IMG/VR virus record: IMGVR_UViG_3300032047_003368
Direction: 5' to 3' (one strand)
From: an uncultured virus (IMG/VR IMGVR_UViG_3300032047_003368)
Lineage: Duplodnaviria; Heunggongvirae; Uroviricota; Caudoviricetes
DNA: 64,000 nt
Positions 63,165 to 64,000 of the stretch are shown in pieces. The translations under genes were made by a program, and so were the position numbers. The notes beneath the pieces are model-generated. The model did not search any database and had not been told where the DNA came from. It saw nothing but the letters and a program-made list of their open reading frames with translations. Every line of letters starts with the position of its first letter. The stretch's first letter is position 1.

Positions 63165-63185
63165 ACGCATAAATATACGTAAAAT

Positions 63186-64000
63186 TTATTTCTTATTGGT
63201 TTTTGCAGGTTCTTGCTTTTCTTTGGGACTAGAATCAGTTGTAGAATCGAAATAAACTTCGTTGTCTTTTAATTTCGCAACAAGTAAGGTTTTAGTTGAG
63301 TTTTGTATTTCTTCATTGAGAATTGCTTCTGCTAAAGTATCTTCTAGATGTTTTTCAACTGCACGACGTAAAGGTCTTGCACCCATTTTATCATCATAAC
63401 CTTCTTCTAGCAAAAATTCTTTTACTTGCTTTGAGATACGGATTTTATACCCCTTTGCTTTTACTCGTTCTCGTAACTTTTCTATTTCCAACTCAACAAT
63501 TTCTGCAATATGTTCTTTTGTAAGTTTTCTGAAAATTACCATGTCATCAAGACGATTCAAAAATTCAGGTTTAAACATTTTTTTTGATTCTTCTATAATT
63601 TTTGCCTTGGTTGCTTCGTAGTCATGCTCTCCGTCACCGGCTGCGGATGCAAAACCAAGAGACGTATTACGTTGTAAAATTTCTGCACCTACGTTTGAAG
63701 TCATAATAATAATTGTATTCCTAAAATCAATTCTGCGTCCAACATTGTCAGTTAAATGTCCATCTTCAAGAATTTGCAACAAAAGTTGACAGATATCAGG
63801 ATGTGCTTTTTCAATTTCATCAAACAATACAACCGAATACGGATTTCTACGAACTGCTTCAGTTAATTGTCCCGCATCTTCGTATCCAACATATCCAGGA
63901 GGAGAACCAATCAAACGAGACACCGAGTGCTTTTCCATATATTCACTCATATCAATTTGTAGAATATTGTCTTCGTTTCCAAAGATGTCTTCAGCAAGAG
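63186..64000 (-). CDS. clpC: Clp AAA+ ATPase, ClpC-type (C-terminal part; 5' end lies beyond the window)
   Basis: IDMSEYMEKHSVSRLIGSPPGYVG, LFDEIEKAH, TSNVG, SLGF ClpP-docking loop and GARPLRR. Confidence 0.85.
   Translation of the reverse strand, partial: LAEDIFGNEDNILQIDMSEYMEKHSVSRLIGSPPGYVGYEDAGQLTEAVRRNPYSVVLFDEIEKAHPDICQLLLQILEDGHLTDNVGRRIDFRNTIIIMTSNVGAEILQRNTSLGFASAAGDGEHDYEATKAKIIEESKKMFKPEFLNRLDDMVIFRKLTKEHIAEIVELEIEKLRERVKAKGYKIRISKQVKEFLLEEGYDDKMGARPLRRAVEKHLEDTLAEAILNEEIQNSTKTLLVAKLKDNEVYFDSTTDSSPKEKQEPAKTNKK

Larger units (their letters stand above)
10196..63175 (-). promoter_or_regulatory. dispersed TATTTAT(A) motif upstream of at least 16 genes (putative phage promoter)
   Basis: Seen as tataaata on + at 10196, 19596, 23515, 29224, 30354, 30898, 33968, 45171, 55385, 56123, 56612, 57521 and 62044; variants at 32808, 60129 and 63168. 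Confidence 0.7.

Noticed and set aside
225..63523. Numerous short plus-strand ORFs in the track
   Set aside because: Antisense to well-supported minus-strand genes and without motifs; only 57530-58156 occupies free space
1..64000. Eukaryotic giant virus (NCLDV) origin suggested by TSP1 and GT content
   Set aside because: tmRNA, Shine-Dalgarno sites, overlapping operon-like genes, a sigma70-like promoter and bacterial ClpC/Ald point to a bacterial host
1..64000. Alternative genetic code
   Set aside because: Code 11 already gives near-complete coding density with intact domains; TAA, TAG and TGA all end genes

Overview
AT-rich, gene-dense window, almost entirely on the minus strand. It is best read as part of a very large (jumbo/huge) bacteriophage genome: bacterial Shine-Dalgarno sites, a tmRNA, ClpC, Ald, a CCA enzyme, an HNH-type gene, a recurring TATTTATA upstream motif and KLxxL(L/I)xE N-termini. 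This is inference; no capsid or terminase gene is present. Three blocks: (1) 1-32.8 kb, a large glycan-modification island with about 17 glycosyltransferase-like genes (GT2/GT25/GT32/GT64/GT77/PLOD-type/fucosyltransferase-like), 9 sulfotransferase-like domains (a tenth, degenerate, at 62 kb), esterases, a methyltransferase and a GDP-mannose 3,5-epimerase, interrupted by a GHKL ATPase, alanine dehydrogenase and a tmRNA. (2) 32.8-55.4 kb, large Cys-rich modular proteins; six share an unrecognised N-terminal W(Y/F)G-C-x-C...CG-x2-Y domain and carry thrombospondin-1 repeats, Pro/Thr linkers, Gly-rich and propeller modules, beside CBM5/12-like and dockerin-like proteins. (3) 55.4-64 kb, nucleic-acid, tRNA and protein quality-control genes. 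The best novel-system candidate is a modular, phage-glycosylated and sulfated surface coat. All family assignments come from motif reading, not database searches.
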